DNA of 64,000 bases from Chiloscyllium plagiosum (GCF_004010195.1 NC_057719.1:85712387-85776386); one strand, 5' to 3'; positions 1-13,509 are shown, counted from the stretch's first letter. Notes: a model not told the origin generated them from the sequence alone. Made by a program: numbers and translations.

Positions 1-306
1 GAACTAGAGGACACAGCTTAAAAATACGGGGTAGACCATTTAGGACAGAGCTCAGGAGAAACCTCTTCACCCAGAGAGTGGTGGCTGTGTGGAATGCTCT
101 GCCCCAAAGGGCAGTGGAGGCCCACTCTCTGGATTCATTTAAGAAGGAGTTGGATAGAGCTCTCAAAGATAGTGGAATCAAGGGTTATGGAGATAAGGCA
201 GGAACAGGATACTGATTAGGAATGATCAGCCATGATTATATTAAATGGTGGTGCAGGCTCGAAGGGCTGAATGGCCTACTCCAGCACCTATTGTCTATTG
301 TCTATT
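1..306 (+). mobile_element. CR1-type LINE 3' end (ORF2 C-terminus, 3'UTR, (CTATTGT)n tail)
   Basis: Frame from nt 3 reads TRGHSLKIRGRPFRTELRRNLFTQRVVAVWNALP...GIKGYGDKAGTGY*, followed by a short tandem tail. Confidence 0.9.
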
Positions 307-529
307 TTGCTCATATGCAGTCTGGGTGGTTGCATTCTCACCTCCCCTGTTGCAATCTCACCTCACCTCTTCTGAACTGAAGTTAATAATGAGTCTAGAG
401 CTGAGTGGCCCTGACAAAAAGCGAGCGATGCATTGTCGGTTCTTGTATCATGACATCGTGATTTGAAAAAATTAGCACAGGAACAGGAATTATCCTTTAG
501 TCTGTTTAGCCATTCAATGAGATCATAAT

Positions 530-1017
530 TAAAAAATAACTTGCAAGAACTGTAACAAACACGACATTGAACAAACAGGCAGAAAACTAGCCACCAGGAT
601 ATATGAACATCAACTAGCCACAAAATAACATGATCCACTCTCACTAGTATCCTTACATACGGATGAGGAAGGACACCACTTCGACTGGGACAACACATCC
701 ATCCTAGGACAAGCCAAACAGAGACACGTAAGAGAATTCCTAGAAGCATGGCTTTCCAACCGGAACTCTATCAACAAACACATTGACTTGGATCCCATTT
801 ACCATCTCCTGAGAAAAAGAACAGGCAATGTCATCACCACAGGAAATAAAGTCACCACAGGGAATGACACTACCAACCCAAGGAAACCCAAACATATAAA
901 TAGAAAGCCGGTTACATCATCAATGCTTCATGTGAAGGCTCACTGAAGATGTTACCTAGTGTTGTGATGAAACGTCTGAAAACGAACCTTCCAGCTCAGC
1001 GAGCAAACCTACATCCA
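530..1017 (+). mobile_element. Penelope-like element 3' fragment (GIY-YIG endonuclease + terminal repeat), degenerate
   Basis: Translates KITCKNCNKHDIEQTGRKLATRIYEHQLAT*...FDWDNTSILGQAKQRHVREFLEAW; closely similar to 62445-62910. Confidence 0.88.
940..979 (+). ncRNA. Minimal hammerhead ribozyme motif in Penelope terminal repeat
   Basis: CUGAAGA (943-949), stem II GUUAC/GUGAU, GAAA (969-972), CGUC (973-976), 3-bp stem I UCA/UGA. Confidence 0.65.
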
Positions 1018-1207
1018 AGAGATCAGGACTCCCACACAATCTGAACATCTATGACTTGCACTTGGAGTTTGCAGCTGCTTCTTGTTTTGGGCATAACAGG
1101 CTCCAAAGTCCAAGCTCTCTGTTTTGTTTTTCAAATGTTGCACTAAGCTTTTGGTAACCAATGAAGGTTTTGTTGCTAGAATAGAATAAATAAAGAATTG
1201 CACTTAC

Positions 1208-1328
1208 TGCGACTCAAAGGCCCATACAATTGCTGTATCTTCTCATCACTGCCGAAGTCATAAGTGATGTGACTTAAGGGCCCGTTATCATCTGGACATT
1301 TCCCTTTGTTGTATTCAACAGGGTATTG
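1208..1328 (-). CDS. ITLN: Intelectin coding exon 5 (121 nt); gene continues left of the window
   Basis: tttcAG|QYPVEYNKGKCPDDNGPLSHITYDFGSDEKIQQLYGPLSR+1 nt|GTAAGT; matches the intelectin YPVKY..GKC..DNGP...YDFG segment; phase 0 in, phase 1 out. Confidence 0.92.
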
Positions 1329-2289
1329 CTGAAATTGAATGCATTGTTCTACTTGATATCTTGCTTTTATGTGACCCTTCCTCTTGTTTTGCCCATTTCT
1401 CCCACAATTCTTCCTCACCTTGCAGTTCTATGCTCCACAAGCATCATCTTCCTACACAATCCTTTGCAATTTCACATCCTCCATGAAGATATTACTGCTT
1501 TTTCTAATGAATCCCCCATTCTCTCCTGATTATCAACTTGGTCCAATGGCAATTTGGTGTCTGTGAGTCAGAAGGTGATTGGACCAAGTTCCGTTGTCGG
1601 GGCTTGGCCACTTATAATGCCATTTCAATGTAGTACAGAGGTTTGGTCACATTGAGAGAGGATGTCAAATTGTTTGAAGGACATCTTTTGCTAGATTTTG
1701 TTTCGAAAACAAAACATTCTCAGCAATTCAGGGGAATACAGACCTCACACTTGCATCTACCTATCGCCTTCCCAGTTACCTTCCCCCTACCCAACCCCAC
1801 TCCCCTATNNTACACCATGGCCCCACCTCCCTCCATGATTCAATTGAAACAAAAGCAGGATAGACACAACAGTGTCCTCATCAACATTTATTCCTAAAGT
1901 TCTCAAACAAAGTAGTTCATCCTGTATCCCCTTGTGGTTTCTCACTGTGGCTGTGGTTCCTATCCACAAAACAATTTAGTATAAAACCAATTTATTGTCT
2001 GTGGGAAAATTAAGGACAGGTGGGGTTTGTGGGGATGGGGAATAACACAACTTTCAGGATTCTTTAATTTTTCAACATTTTAAGTTTTTGGTTACACAAA
2101 TGTTTTTGTTAGAACCGTGAACTGAAATCTAACCCATGCAGTTTTGAGTGCTTTTTGGGGGCAATTTGCTCATTCCCCTTCTATGTGTTCTTTTTAAACG
2201 TTGTGTTGGGTGTCAGCTAATCACTTTTGAAGACAATGTCCATTAACATTAGAATACAGTATTTATTTAAGTCCCTGCATTCGACAGTT

Positions 2290-2795
2290 AAAGTTGAAAA
2301 GTGTGGTACTGGAAAAGCACAGCAGGTCAGGCAGTGTCTGAGGAGCAGGAGAGTTGATGTTTCGGGAATGAGCCCTTTGTCAGGAATGTGGTGGGCGAGG
2401 GGAGGAAGGGGGCTGAGAGATAAATAAGGGGAGTTGGTGTGGGGCTGGGTGTAAGGTAGCTGGGAAGACGATAGGTAGATGCAGGTGGGAGGTAATTGAG
2501 ATCAGTCGGTGGGGAAGGTGGAGCGGATAGGTGTGAAGGAAGATGAGCAGGTAAGACAGTTCAAGAAGGTGGAGATAAGTTAGAGGGTTGGATCTGGAGT
2601 GAGGTGGGGGAGGGGAGATGAGGAAACTGGTGAAATGGATGTTGATGCCGTGTGATTGGAGGATCCCTAGATGGAGGATGAGGCGGTGGGTGGGTTTGGT
2701 TTTGCAGTGCAGTAGGGCCAGGACCTGCATGTCCTTGGGGTCGTGGGAGGGGGAGTTGTTCTGTCTCTCCAGCATCTGCAGGCCTCACTCCCTCC
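2290..2795 (-). mobile_element. Penelope-like (Neptune-type) 3' fragment with degenerate hammerhead repeat; its 3' terminus is present inverted at 2765-2795
   Basis: Homologous to 17051-17560 and to the short element at 38717-38844. Confidence 0.8.
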
Positions 2796-3674
2796 TATAT
2801 TGCAGTTAACCCAGGGAAAAGGTCAGTTAACATTGTTCACCATTTTCCCCATTATCTCACTGAGTAAACGTCAAAAATGTAATTGGTAGTAAAACATTTT
2901 GGAACATTCCGATGTTATGAAAAGAATCATAGACATGCAAATCCTTTTTAAAACTTAAATTTATCACTATTCCTTGTTAACCTGATACTCAGGTTGATTA
3001 GTGAGATAGGCAGATGGGAGCACAGTGTCCAGTCATAACTCCTGGAGTGTGCTCCTGAGAGGGTCAGAGGAACATAATGACTGAGTACAGTCATTACTGA
3101 GAATGACTCAGTAGTACTTCTCAGTACATTTGAGAGGTGGAGATAGTCTCTATTAAAAATTGCCTGACTTATGTTTGCAGACATGCCCATTGAAGAAAAA
3201 CACAAAATTAACCTTGTCATCACCACCACTGCCCTGAAGTCGACATTGTGAGATTCTGTCAATTATGTACATTATTGGACTCTGTTCAAAACTATCCTCG
3301 CTTTTTTAGGCTCACAGCCATTACGAGTCAGTATTTTAGTAAATTAAACATTTTTGACAAATTAATGTCTGTAGGCATGAGAATTTTAAGAGCAGAATTT
3401 TCAGTTTATTATAAAACTGACTGTCAAGGGAGGTAAATTAAATGAATTAGTTTGGTTTATTTAAAGAGATGATTTTCAGTGATTTTACATCAGATTACCA
3501 TGAGCAGGAGCTGAAGGAGAAAGAGAGAAGAAGACTCACTTATTAAATTGTTTAGAGTGTCCAATTAAACCCATGTTCAGCTGTTTTCATAATGTTGTCC
3601 CAGGTTACAATCCTTAAACACATCAAATACTTGTGGAAGAGTGAAATAACCAATTATGTTTAATTACCACGCCA

Positions 3675-3960
3675 ATTCCACCCTCGGGTGACTGTGTGGA
3701 ATTTGCACATTCTCCCTGTGCCTGCGTGGGGTTCCTCCTAGTGCTCCAGTTTCCTCCCACAGTTCGTAGAATTGCAGGTTAGGTGAATTGGCAATGCTAA
3801 ACCATCTGTAGTATTCAGGGGTGTGTAGGTTAAGTGGATTAGCCCCGGGATATGCAGGGATAGAGTAGGGGATGTGGGTCTGTGAGGGATGTTCTTCGAA
3901 GGATCAGTGTGGACTCGATCGGCCAAATGGCCTGCTTTCACACTGTGGGGATTCTATGAA
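3675..3960 (+). mobile_element. HE1-like V-SINE, 5'-truncated, older copy
   Basis: V-domain GTGTGGAATTTGCACATTCTCCCTGTG...GTTTCCTCCCACAG and 3' tail similar to 5951-6258. Confidence 0.8.
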
Positions 3961-3985
3961 ATGCGGTCACTGCTGAGATACTCAC

Positions 3986-4144
3986 ATGGAACAGCTGATA
4001 CAAGTTTCCTCCGTACTGCTGTAGAAAGTTGGTTTCGGTGTGATAGCGGAGGATTGCTGCATCTTTCCAGCTGCTTAGCGGTGTGTCATTGGGTACGTGC
4101 CAAATTGATATATCTGAGGCCTTTATGTCATAGTAACCTGGGTT
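3986..4144 (-). CDS. ITLN: Intelectin coding exon 4 (159 nt)
   Basis: atcAG|NPGYYDIKASDISIWHVPNDTPLSSWKDAAILRYHTETNFLQQYGGNLYQLFH|GTGAGT; phase 0/0. Confidence 0.95.
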
Positions 4145-4519
4145 CTGATCAGAAATAATCACAGATTGTCAGTGCAGCAGCGAGTAGAGTTCACCAGCAT
4201 CACAAAACCACAGAGGACAACCTCATTAATTAATGTGGGAGACTCATTCTTCTTCAGATAAGTTCTAGCCCAGTGTTACAGAATAAGGAAATTTAATTGC
4301 AGCGATATTATATAATATGCAAATTGGCCTGTAGCCTGGTGTTACTCCCCACCAATGTCATCTCATAGAGACATAGAAACACATTTTCTCTTCCTTGGGG
4401 GCAGCCAACTAACCAAATCAACATTCAAATGAAAAATGCCACAACCTCTTCATTCATAGGGCTGTAAAATTGATTGGCAGTTCAAACGATACTTTGTGGT
4501 CTGAAGTGCAAACCACTGA

Positions 4520-7500
4520 CTTCTGACATCTGTCCCCTCAACTTAAAGCTATGTACCCTCATGCTAGCCATCAGCATCCAAAGAAAAAAGGCTTTCACTG
4601 TCCACCCTATCTAATCCTCTGATCATTTTGTATGCCTCGATTAAGTCAGCTCTTAACTTCTCTCTAACAAAAACAGCTTCAGGTCCCTCAGCCTCTCCTC
4701 ATAAGACCTTCCCTCCATACCAGGCAACATCTAGGAAAATCTCCTCTGAACCCTTTCCAAAGCTTCCACATCCTTCCTATAATTCAATGACCAGACCTGT
4801 ACGCAATACACCAAGTGAGGCCGCAACTGAGTTTTGTACAGCTGCATCATGACCTCATGGCTCCAAAATTCAATCCCTTGAGCAATAAAAGCTAATGTAC
4901 CCTACACCTTCTTTACAACCCTATCAATCTGGGTGGCAATTTTCAGGGATCTATATACATGGATATCAAGATCTCTCTGCTCATCCACGCTACCAAGAAT
5001 CTTACCATGCGCCCTGTACTCTGCATTCATGTTACTCTTTCCAAAGTAAATCACCTTTTCCACATGAAACTCCATTTTCTACCTCTCAGCCACACTCTGC
5101 AGCTTATCTATGTCTCTCTTGTAACCTACAACATCCTTCCGCACAGTCCTCAACTCCACCGACTTTAATGTCATCTACAAATTTACAAAGCCATCTTCCT
5201 ACTCCCTTATTCAGGTCATTTATAAAAATGACAAACAGCAGCGACCCCAAAACAGATCCTTGCAGTACCCCACTAGTAACTGAACTCCAGGATGAACAGT
5301 TCCCATCAACCACCACCTTCTGTCTTCTTACAGTTAGCCAATTTCTAATCCAAATGGCTAAGCCGACCACAATCCCATTCCTATGTATTTTCTGCAATAG
5401 CCTACCGTGGGGAACCTTATCTCACGCTTTCCTGAAATCCATATACACCACAACAATGGCTTTACCCTCATCCACCTGTTTTGTCATCTTCTCAAAGAAC
5501 TCAGTAAGGTTTGTGAGGCATGACCTACCCTTCACAAAACCATGCTGACTATTCCTAATCTAATTATTCCTTTCTAGATCATTATAAATTCTATCTCTTA
5601 TCATTCTTTCCAAAACTTTGCCCACAACAGGAGTAAGGCTCTCTGGTCTATAATTACCAGGGTCATCTCTACTCCCCTTCTTGAACAAGGGGACAACATT
5701 TGTTATCTTCCAGTCTTCTGGCACTATTCCTGTAGACAATGATGACATCAAGATGAAAGCCAAAGGGTCTGCAATCTCTCACCTAGCTTCCCGAGAAGCC
5801 TAGGATAAATCCCATCCAGCCCAGGGGATTTACCTGTTTTCACACTTTCCAGAACTATTAACACCTCCTCCTTATGAACCTCAATCCTATCTAGTCTGAT
5901 AGTCTGTATCTCAGTATTCTCCTTGACAGCATTCTCCTTGACAGCATTGTGGGCGGCACGGTGGCACAGTGGTTAGCACTGTTGCCTCGCAGCGCCAGAG
6001 ACCCGGGGTCAATTCCCGCCTCAGGCGACTGACTGTGTGGAGTTTGCACGTTCTCCCCGTGTCTGCGTGGGTTTCCTCCGGGTGCTCCGGTTTCCTCCCA
6101 CAGTCCAAAGATGTGCAGGGCCAGGTGAATTGGCCATGCTAAATTGCCCGTAGTGTTAGGTAAGGGGTAAATGTAGGGGTATGGGTGGGTTCGCTTCGGC
6201 GGGTCGGTGTGGACTTGTTGGGCCGAAGGGCCTGTTTCCACTCTGTAATGTAATCTAAAAATCTATTTTTTTATCCTGTGTGAATACTGCTCATTTAGCA
6301 CCCTTCCTATCTCTTCGCACTCCATGCACTACTTCCCACTACTGTCCTTGACTGGCCATAATCTTATTCCTGACTTCTTTTATTCCTGACATACCTATAG
6401 AAAGCTTTCAGGTTTTCCTTGATCCTACCTGCCAAAGACTTCACATGTCCCCTCCTGGCTCTTCTTAGCTCTCTCTTTAGATCCTTCCTGGCTAATTTGT
6501 AACTCTCAAGTGCCCTTCACATCTCATCTTTATATAAGCCCCCTTCTTCCTCTTGACAAAAGCTTCAACATCTTTAGTAAACCACAGTTCCCTCACTCAA
6601 TCACTTCCTCCCCACCTGACATGTACATACTTATCAAGGACATACAGCAGCTGCTCCTTGATCAAGCTCCACATTTCAACTTTGCCCATCCCCTACATTT
6701 TCTTTCCCTATCCTATGCATCCTAAATCTCACCAAATTGCATCATAATTTCCTTTGACCCAGCTATAATTCTTGCCCTGCGGTATATACCTATCCCTTTA
6801 CATTGCTTAAGTAAACATAACCGAATTGTGGTCACTTTCACCAAAGTGCTCCCCTATCTTCAAATCTAACACCTGGCCTGGTTCATTACCCAGTACCAAA
6901 TCCAATGTGGCCTCACCTCTTGTTGGCCTGTCTACATACTGTGTAAAGAAACCATCCTGCACACATTGGATAAAAACTGACCCATCTAAAGTACTCAAAC
7001 TATCAAATTTCCAGTCAATATTTGGAAACCTAAAGACCCCATAACAACTGCACTGTTACTCTTGCTCCTATCCAGAATCACCTTTGCAATCCTTTCCTCT
7101 ACATCTCTGAAACTATTTGGAGGCCTGTGGAAAACTCCCAACAGGGTGACCTCTCCTTTCTTGTTTCTAACCTCAACTCATTCTACCTCAGTAGACAAGT
7201 CCTCATCAAACATCCTTTCTGCAACTGTAATACTGTCCTTGATTAACAATGTCACCCCTCCCCCTCTTTTACCACCTTCCCTGATCTAACTGAAATATCA
7301 AAACCCTGGAACTTGCAACAACCAGTCCTGTCCCTCCTCTATCCATGTCTCCGAAATAGCCACAACATCAAAGTCCCAGGTACCAACCCATGCTGCAAGT
7401 TCATCCACCTTATTCCGGATGCTCCTGGCGTTGAAGTTGATATACTTGAAACTACCTTCCTGCCGGCAGGGCACTCCTGCAAACTTGAAACCTTATTCCT

Positions 7501-7765
7501 GACCTCACTACCCTCAACCTCCTGTACACTGGAGCTGCAACTCATGTTCCCATGCCCCTGCTGAATTCATTTAAATGCTCCCAAAGATCATTAGCAAATC
7601 CACCCCTCCACCAGGGTATTGGTACTCCTCTGGTTCAGGTGTAGACCATCCCATTTGTAGAGGTTCTACCTACCCCAGAATGAGCCCCAATTATCCAGGT
7701 ATCTGAATCCCTCCCTCCTGCATCATCCCTGTAGCCATGTGTTCAATTACTCTCTCTCCCTATTC
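4520..7765 (-). mobile_element. Long degenerate CR1 LINE (ORF1 esterase end, APE endonuclease, RT) in an intelectin intron; interrupted by a SINE
   Basis: Minus strand: WGSFWGR..YKWDGLHLN (ORF1 SGNH-like), PTRGEATLDLVL...SDHN (APE), PEDWK..VVPLFKKG...NYRP and QGSVLGSLLFVIFINDL...FVDD (RT); stops and frameshifts. Confidence 0.92.
5951..6258 (+). mobile_element. HE1-like tRNA-derived V-SINE, full length, nested in CR1
   Basis: A box TGGCACAGTGG, B-box-like GGGTCAATTCCC, V-domain, CR1-like 3' tail with TAATCTAA end. Confidence 0.9.
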
Positions 7766-7841
7766 TTTGCCAAGCATCCAACCTATATACCTGTAGGCGG
7801 AAAATAAGTCCCAGAAGTCTCTGCACTCTGGTAAGTTTTTA

Positions 7842-8237
<396 letters not shown>

Positions 8238-8984
8238 TTATGCAATTCAGTCGAATGAGCTTTTGAGAGCATTAGATGGTTAGACCTAACATCATAATGG
8301 GAAGGACACTTTGGATGCGATTTCCCTGTGAAATAAACGAAGTATTGAATCACTGAAAGGAAAACTAGAACTGGATGTAGATGACAATGTCAATTGCTGT
8401 TAAAATAGTGGCTTATAAAAAGAGTCTCTCTCATAATAAAGGATTGCATTTGTGCTATAGACTAGAATGTCTCGAATCACTTCACAATTGATATAAGTCT
8501 AAGTAACAATTAGATGTAGGCGTGTAATTGTCCTTGCCTGATTTTCTTTTCTCGAAACCTTCTACCCAGCTGAATTAATAAGTCTCAGTCCAATAACTGG
8601 AAAATAACTTCATTTACTTAATATTTTCCTGTTCTCACAAAATTTCTGTCTCCCAACACTGGGTTCTGCAACTTGCCTGAGGAGTCAAGAACATCCACTC
8701 TGTGCTTCTTCATTGAGGGTTCCAATATTCACACACAATTGAGTCAGGTTGAGGTATTTTTCTGACCTTGTTGCATTGGCAAGAAACATGATGGTGTTTG
8801 CCACTTATCTGAAGAAAGGTTTGGACAAATCACACACAGTGCCCGACTTAATTTCCCTGACACATCTTTAGCATTTAAGTTTCACAACATCAAGGGGAAG
8901 TCCAAACATTATCTGTTCTCCATCATGGCATCACTACAGAAGAGTTTCACTTGTCTGCTTTATTGCAACAAGGTCTGGACAGGC

Positions 8985-9660
8985 TTGGACTGACAAATGG
9001 TAAGTAACATTCATGCCTGACAATGAACATGTCCAATAAGAGACAATTCAACCATCAGCCCTTCATATTCAATACAGTTACTATCACTGAATCCTTCATG
9101 ATCAACATTCTTGTGGGGGGAGTATTACCACTGGTCAGAAATTCAACTGTGTACTCATTAGAGAAATGCTCTAAAGCCTGAAGCTCCAAAGCCTGCCCAC
9201 AAGTCAGGAATGTGATGTAATATTCCATACTTGTCTGGATGGTTGCTGCTCCAACAACACTCAAGAAGATTGGCACCATCCAATACAAAGCAGTCCACTC
9301 AGTTGGCACCACCTCCACAAATTTCCACTTCCTTCACTACTGACACTCAGTACTAGCAGTGTGTATACCATCTACAGTATGCATTGCAGAAATTCACCAA
9401 GGGTCCTTCAGCAGTACCTTCCAAGCCCACAAATGTTTCTATCTAGAAGGACAAGGAAACACCTCCACCTGCAAGTTCCCCTCCATCCTTCAGTGTTGCT
9501 GGGTCAAAATCCTGGAACTCTATCCCAATTGTACTGTGGGTCTACAGATAACACGTGCTCTGCAGCCGTTCAAGCACACAGATTACCACTACCTTCTCAT
9601 GGGGCAACTAGAGATGGGGAATACATGCTGGCCCACATGCCACAAGCGAATTTTAAAAAT
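8985..9660 (+). mobile_element. Old CR1/L2-group LINE 3' fragment (family B)
   Basis: Remnant of QVRSVMEY...W..AAPTTLKK..TIQ.KA; 3' tail GGGCAACTAGAGATGGG like the 19370-21310 element. Confidence 0.75.
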
Positions 9661-10159
9661 CATTAATTTGCCTAGTTGTGATCCCTGCAATCCATAACCT
9701 TCTACCTTTCTCTAAAGTGCAGTTACTGCTTGTATATTTCATACCAAAACTCATATCTTCACATTTCTCTGTGTTAATGGTCATTTGCCATAACTGTTCC
9801 ATCTTCAGGTTTTCAAAATAATTTCTCTATCCCACCTCAATGAATTTCATCCTTGCTATTTAGCAGTTTTATTAATGGTTTCCTGTGATTTTATTGCACT
9901 CCTCCTCTCTTTTGCTGATTTCGTTATACACTCATTGTGTTCCCATCTGTATATTAAGGAATTGTGTTCCCGTTTCCAAAGTCCAGTTGAGAACAGGAGT
10001 GGTCTGACGTATTAACATGTTTTCTGTCATGTAACAAGTATTTACTTCCTCACTCTGCTTTGCTTTCATTGACGCAAAAACAAGTCCCCATAATGTTATT
10101 TGAACGAGGGCAGAGTCCACAGTGTCCCACCCAACATTCGCCCACCAACCCAAAATGAA

Positions 10160-10335
10160 AACTGATTAACTGGTCACCCGTCTCATGTTCTGTTTGATGG
10201 GACTTTGAATGCACCTTTGCTGTAGTACTTATCCATGTAATAACAGTGAGTGCTCTTCAAGAACTCTCCACCGGCTATAAAACCTATTGGGGTATCTTGA
10301 AAGTGTGAAGTGTGCTGCATAAATATACATTTGTT
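10160..10335 (+). mobile_element. Ancient SINE 3' half, possibly Deu-type
   Basis: Degenerate similarity to the reverse complement of 22130-22545 and 34400-34510. Confidence 0.45.
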
Positions 10336-10522
10336 CGCTTTTTCCAGTAGTCAGTATGAGTTACAAAGCCTACACATTACTTGGTGCTTTTTCTGGTGAG
10401 TAACCAGGCACAAGAAGACTGGTTATTTTTTGCTTGTCACTAAGGCACTAAATAGAAACGTAGCCATGCTGACTATATCTTAGCTTAATGAGGCAATTGT
10501 ACTTTTTGCTGAAATTGTTTAC

Positions 10523-10675
10523 CTTTGGTGAAGTGGTATTTCTCTTTGAGTTCCAGGCAGCTCCTGGTTAAATTATAGTGGTGATCGTGTTTATCTGGAC
10601 AGCCATTGTCGTTGACTTCAAAGTCACCCATGACATTAACAATTGCAATGTCATGGTTTCCAATGCCGATTTCAT
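10523..10675 (-). CDS. ITLN: Intelectin coding exon 2 (153 nt)
   Basis: ttaAG|(D)EIGIGNHDIAIVNVMGDFEVNDNGCPDKHDHHYNLTRSCLELKEKYHFTK+1 nt|GTAAAC; RSC.E.K motif; phase 1/1 fits both neighbours. Confidence 0.9.
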
Positions 10676-10699
10676 CTTAACCGAAGAAAAGATATAGTT

Positions 10700-11185
10700 T
10701 GCATTACTGCTGATGAAAGACACAAAAAAGACATAGCTACATAGAGATGGAGACACAGAGAAAGGGACAGAGTAAGGAATGAGAGGGATACAGAAAGAGA
10801 CAGAAATTAGGAGGAAGGCACAGCAGCAAACAAGAATGATGCAGAGAGTAAAAGAGCCTTTAAAAAGAGGCATTGGATAGTTATGGAGAGATGAATAGAG
10901 GGTAGGACCCAGAGATGAAAAGGAAAACAAGAGGAAAAGAAGGAATTACCAATGGAGACAAAGAGATGGTAAAGATGCAGGAAGTGGGAAGAAAAGGGAG
11001 AGACACTGTGACAAACGTCATATGCAGTGGGACAGAGTGAAAATCGATGCATCTACGCTGTAGAAGACAACAGAGCCAGAGACTGATTTAGAACATGAGG
11101 GCGAGAACATAAGAAGGGAGAAGCAACAGAAATGATGAAGCCACAGAATGATAAAAGGAAAAGGGAATAAAGGAAGAGATTTATC
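10700..11185. repeat. Purine-rich (A/G on + strand) low-complexity tract in intelectin intron 1
   Basis: Strong AG bias, degenerate (AGAG/AGAC)n. Confidence 0.7.
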
Positions 11186-11263
11186 TTGTATTGCAATTCA
11201 GAGACACTGCTTGTCCTCGGGCACATTGCTGAATTGATTACAATCCTGTATAATACATCTGTG

Positions 11264-11655
11264 TCATACTGCATAGAAACAGATCCTTCAGTCCCACCAT
11301 GCCCAGCATAATCCCAATCTAAATCAGTCCCACTAGCCTGTTCCTGACTTATACCCCTCCAAACCTTTTCTATTCATGTATCCATCCAAATACCTTTTAA
11401 ATGTTGTAATTGTATCTCCATCCTCCACTTCCCTCGGAAGTTCACTCCACACTGAAATCATCCTCTGTGTAAAAGATTTGCCTCTTATGTCTCTTCTAAA
11501 TCTCTCTCCCCTCACTTTACAAATGTGCCCGCTAGTCTTGTAATTCCCCACCTTAGGAAAAAGACACCGTACCATCAATTCTATCTATACCCCTCGTTAT
11601 TTTATAAACTTATCAGGTGACCTCTCAACCTCATATGCTCCAGTAAAAAAAGTCT
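11264..11655 (-). mobile_element. CR1 LINE 3' end
   Basis: TSGHICKVRGERFRRDIRGKSFTQRMISVWSELP...FKRYLDGYM. Confidence 0.88.
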
Positions 11656-11775
11656 GTGGACAGTCAGTACCCTCTTCATCAAACAATAAAGAGATGTCGC
11701 TCCAGAAATTTCTGGGGAAGGGATATGAATCCTGGGGGATGAGGGAACCCCCTGAGGAAGGATGAAATGGTACAG

Positions 11776-11856
11776 GAGAAAGTGAGGACTGCAGATGCTG
11801 GAGATCAGAGCTGAAAATGTGTTGCTGGAAAAGCGCAGCAGGAAAAGCTGCACATC
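11776..11856 (-). mobile_element. Truncated Penelope-derived mini-element with 11-bp direct repeat flanks
   Basis: Near-identical to 38720-38785; AAATGGTACAG at 11765-11775 and 11857-11867. Confidence 0.8.
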
Positions 11857-11964
11857 AAATGGTACAGACCAGGATCCAAGTTGATCTATACAATCCCGCC
11901 CATTACATATCCCAGTTGAAATTCACAAACTGAAAGACCAAAACATAACAAATTCATTACTTAC

Positions 11965-12031
11965 CTTCATGATGTGTAGGGGATTGCGCAGTGCTGGCAA
12001 TAACAAGGAATAGAAGAAGGATGACCTTCAT
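11965..12031 (-). CDS. ITLN: Intelectin coding exon 1 (67 nt), signal peptide
   Basis: gaaATG MKVILLLFLVIASTAQSPTHHE+1 nt|GTAAGT; hydrophobic signal peptide; phase 1 matches exon 2. Confidence 0.85.
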
Positions 12032-12254
12032 TTCTTCACAACAGCTTTTCTGTGAGGGGCTATAATTCTGGGATCATCATTAACAAGATAAGGGAGGAGG
12101 AGAAAGTACATTACCTCAGCTGGCATTTTGAATATTGTATTAATGAATTAACTCTACATTTTGGAATGAATGAAGTCAGTTCCTGCCTTATTGTAGAAAA
12201 TTGCTGATGGATAATTCTGAACATCAAAGTCAAACTAGGAATACTATAGCAAGT

Positions 12255-12720
12255 AACTCACCTCCCATCACCCCTATACCTGTCCATAATCTAAGGCACA
12301 ATTTGAGACTGTGATGGAACACATCTGGCTTGTCTGAATGAATGCAGCTCAAACACTTAAGAAACTTGACACCATCTAAGAGAAAGCAACCTGCTTGATT
12401 GACACCTCATTTTCCACCTTAAATAGTCTCTCCCTGCACTGGCAATGCATAGAGGCAGCAGTATGAAGCAAAACAACAGCTCCTTCAACAATACCTGCCA
12501 GATACACAATGCCTATCTTGAAGGAGGTATAGGAGGATCACCACTGGAAAAGCCCCTGTGAGCCATTCATCACCCTGACCTGAAGTTATAATATTGTTCC
12601 TTTATTGTTGATGAGTAAAAACCCTTGAAGTCCTTTCCCAGCGGCACTATGGCTGTAGGAGTTCAATCACACTGTTCAATATCACCTTCTCAAGAGCAGT
12701 TAGGGATGGACAAGAAATGT
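12255..12720 (+). mobile_element. Old LINE family B 3' fragment, highly degenerate
   Basis: Similar to 9190-9640; tail CCTTCTCAAGAGCAGTTAGGGATGG. Confidence 0.65.
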
Positions 12721-13189
12721 CCCAAAAACAAACATATAAAACAAAACACTGTCAAATCAGGTATAGAAGAAATACAGAGGGAAATAAACATTAGGATAAG
12801 AGAGAAAAAGAAAACAAAGAAAAGTCAGCAATTTCTGTTTTCAATGCTGTCTAGACAAGATTTATAACCAGGACCAACCAGAGTCCAGACTTATGTCAGA
12901 GATGTTCACTGCTGTAACTAAAACATCTCTTTGTTAAAAAGTCACAACCTATTCCAGGAAATTCAGATCATTCAATGAAATGAAAGGAGCAAGAGTCACT
13001 TTCAGGAGATTGATAGTGAAGAAACACATCTTCAACAGCAATCTTTTGAGTTCTGCATTTAATTCCATATCAAACCTTGCTTGAATACAGTGAGGACCTT
13101 AAGCTGTAAACATATTGTTAATAGCAAATCTTTCACCATTATTACATTAAGCAGCACCTTTCCAAAATATCATTATTTATGACATATTG

Positions 13190-13509
13190 ATTAGATTAGA
13201 TTACTTACAGTGTGGAAACAGGCCCTTTGGCCCAACAAGTCCACACCGACCCGCTGAAGTGCAACCCACCCAGACCCATTCCCCTACATTTACCCCTGCG
13301 CCCAACACTACGGGCAATTTAGCATGGCCAATTCACCTGACCTGCACATTTTTGGACTGTGGGAGGAAACCGGAGCACCTGGAGGAAACCCACGCAGACA
13401 CGGGGAGAATGTGCAAACTCCACACAGTCAGTCGCCTGAGGCGGGAATTGAACCCAGGTCTCTGGCGCTGTGAGGCAGCAGTGCTAACCACTGTGCCACC
13501 GTGCCGCCC
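13190..13509 (-). mobile_element. HE1-like V-SINE, full length
   Basis: Reverse complement of 5951-6258 at high identity; B box GGTTCAATTCC; (TAATC)n tail. Confidence 0.92.

Noticed and set aside
1009..1203. Minus-strand ORF after intelectin exon 5 as a possible exon 6
   Set aside because: No similarity to the expected EF..GF.QFRVFNNERAA..LC segment, and the implied intron would be only about 30 nt.
5917..5946. TTCTCCTTGACAGCA tandem as the SINE's TSD
   Set aside because: Both copies are on the same side of the SINE, so it is a local tandem duplication.
5951..6025. tRNA gene (also at 13435-13509, 30062-30135, 31034-31105)
   Set aside because: A/B boxes are SINE heads followed by SINE body and tail; no convincing cloverleaf.
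12055..12095. Intelectin TATA/GATA promoter elements
   Set aside because: Only a weak TTATAG match, and a non-coding upstream exon cannot be excluded.
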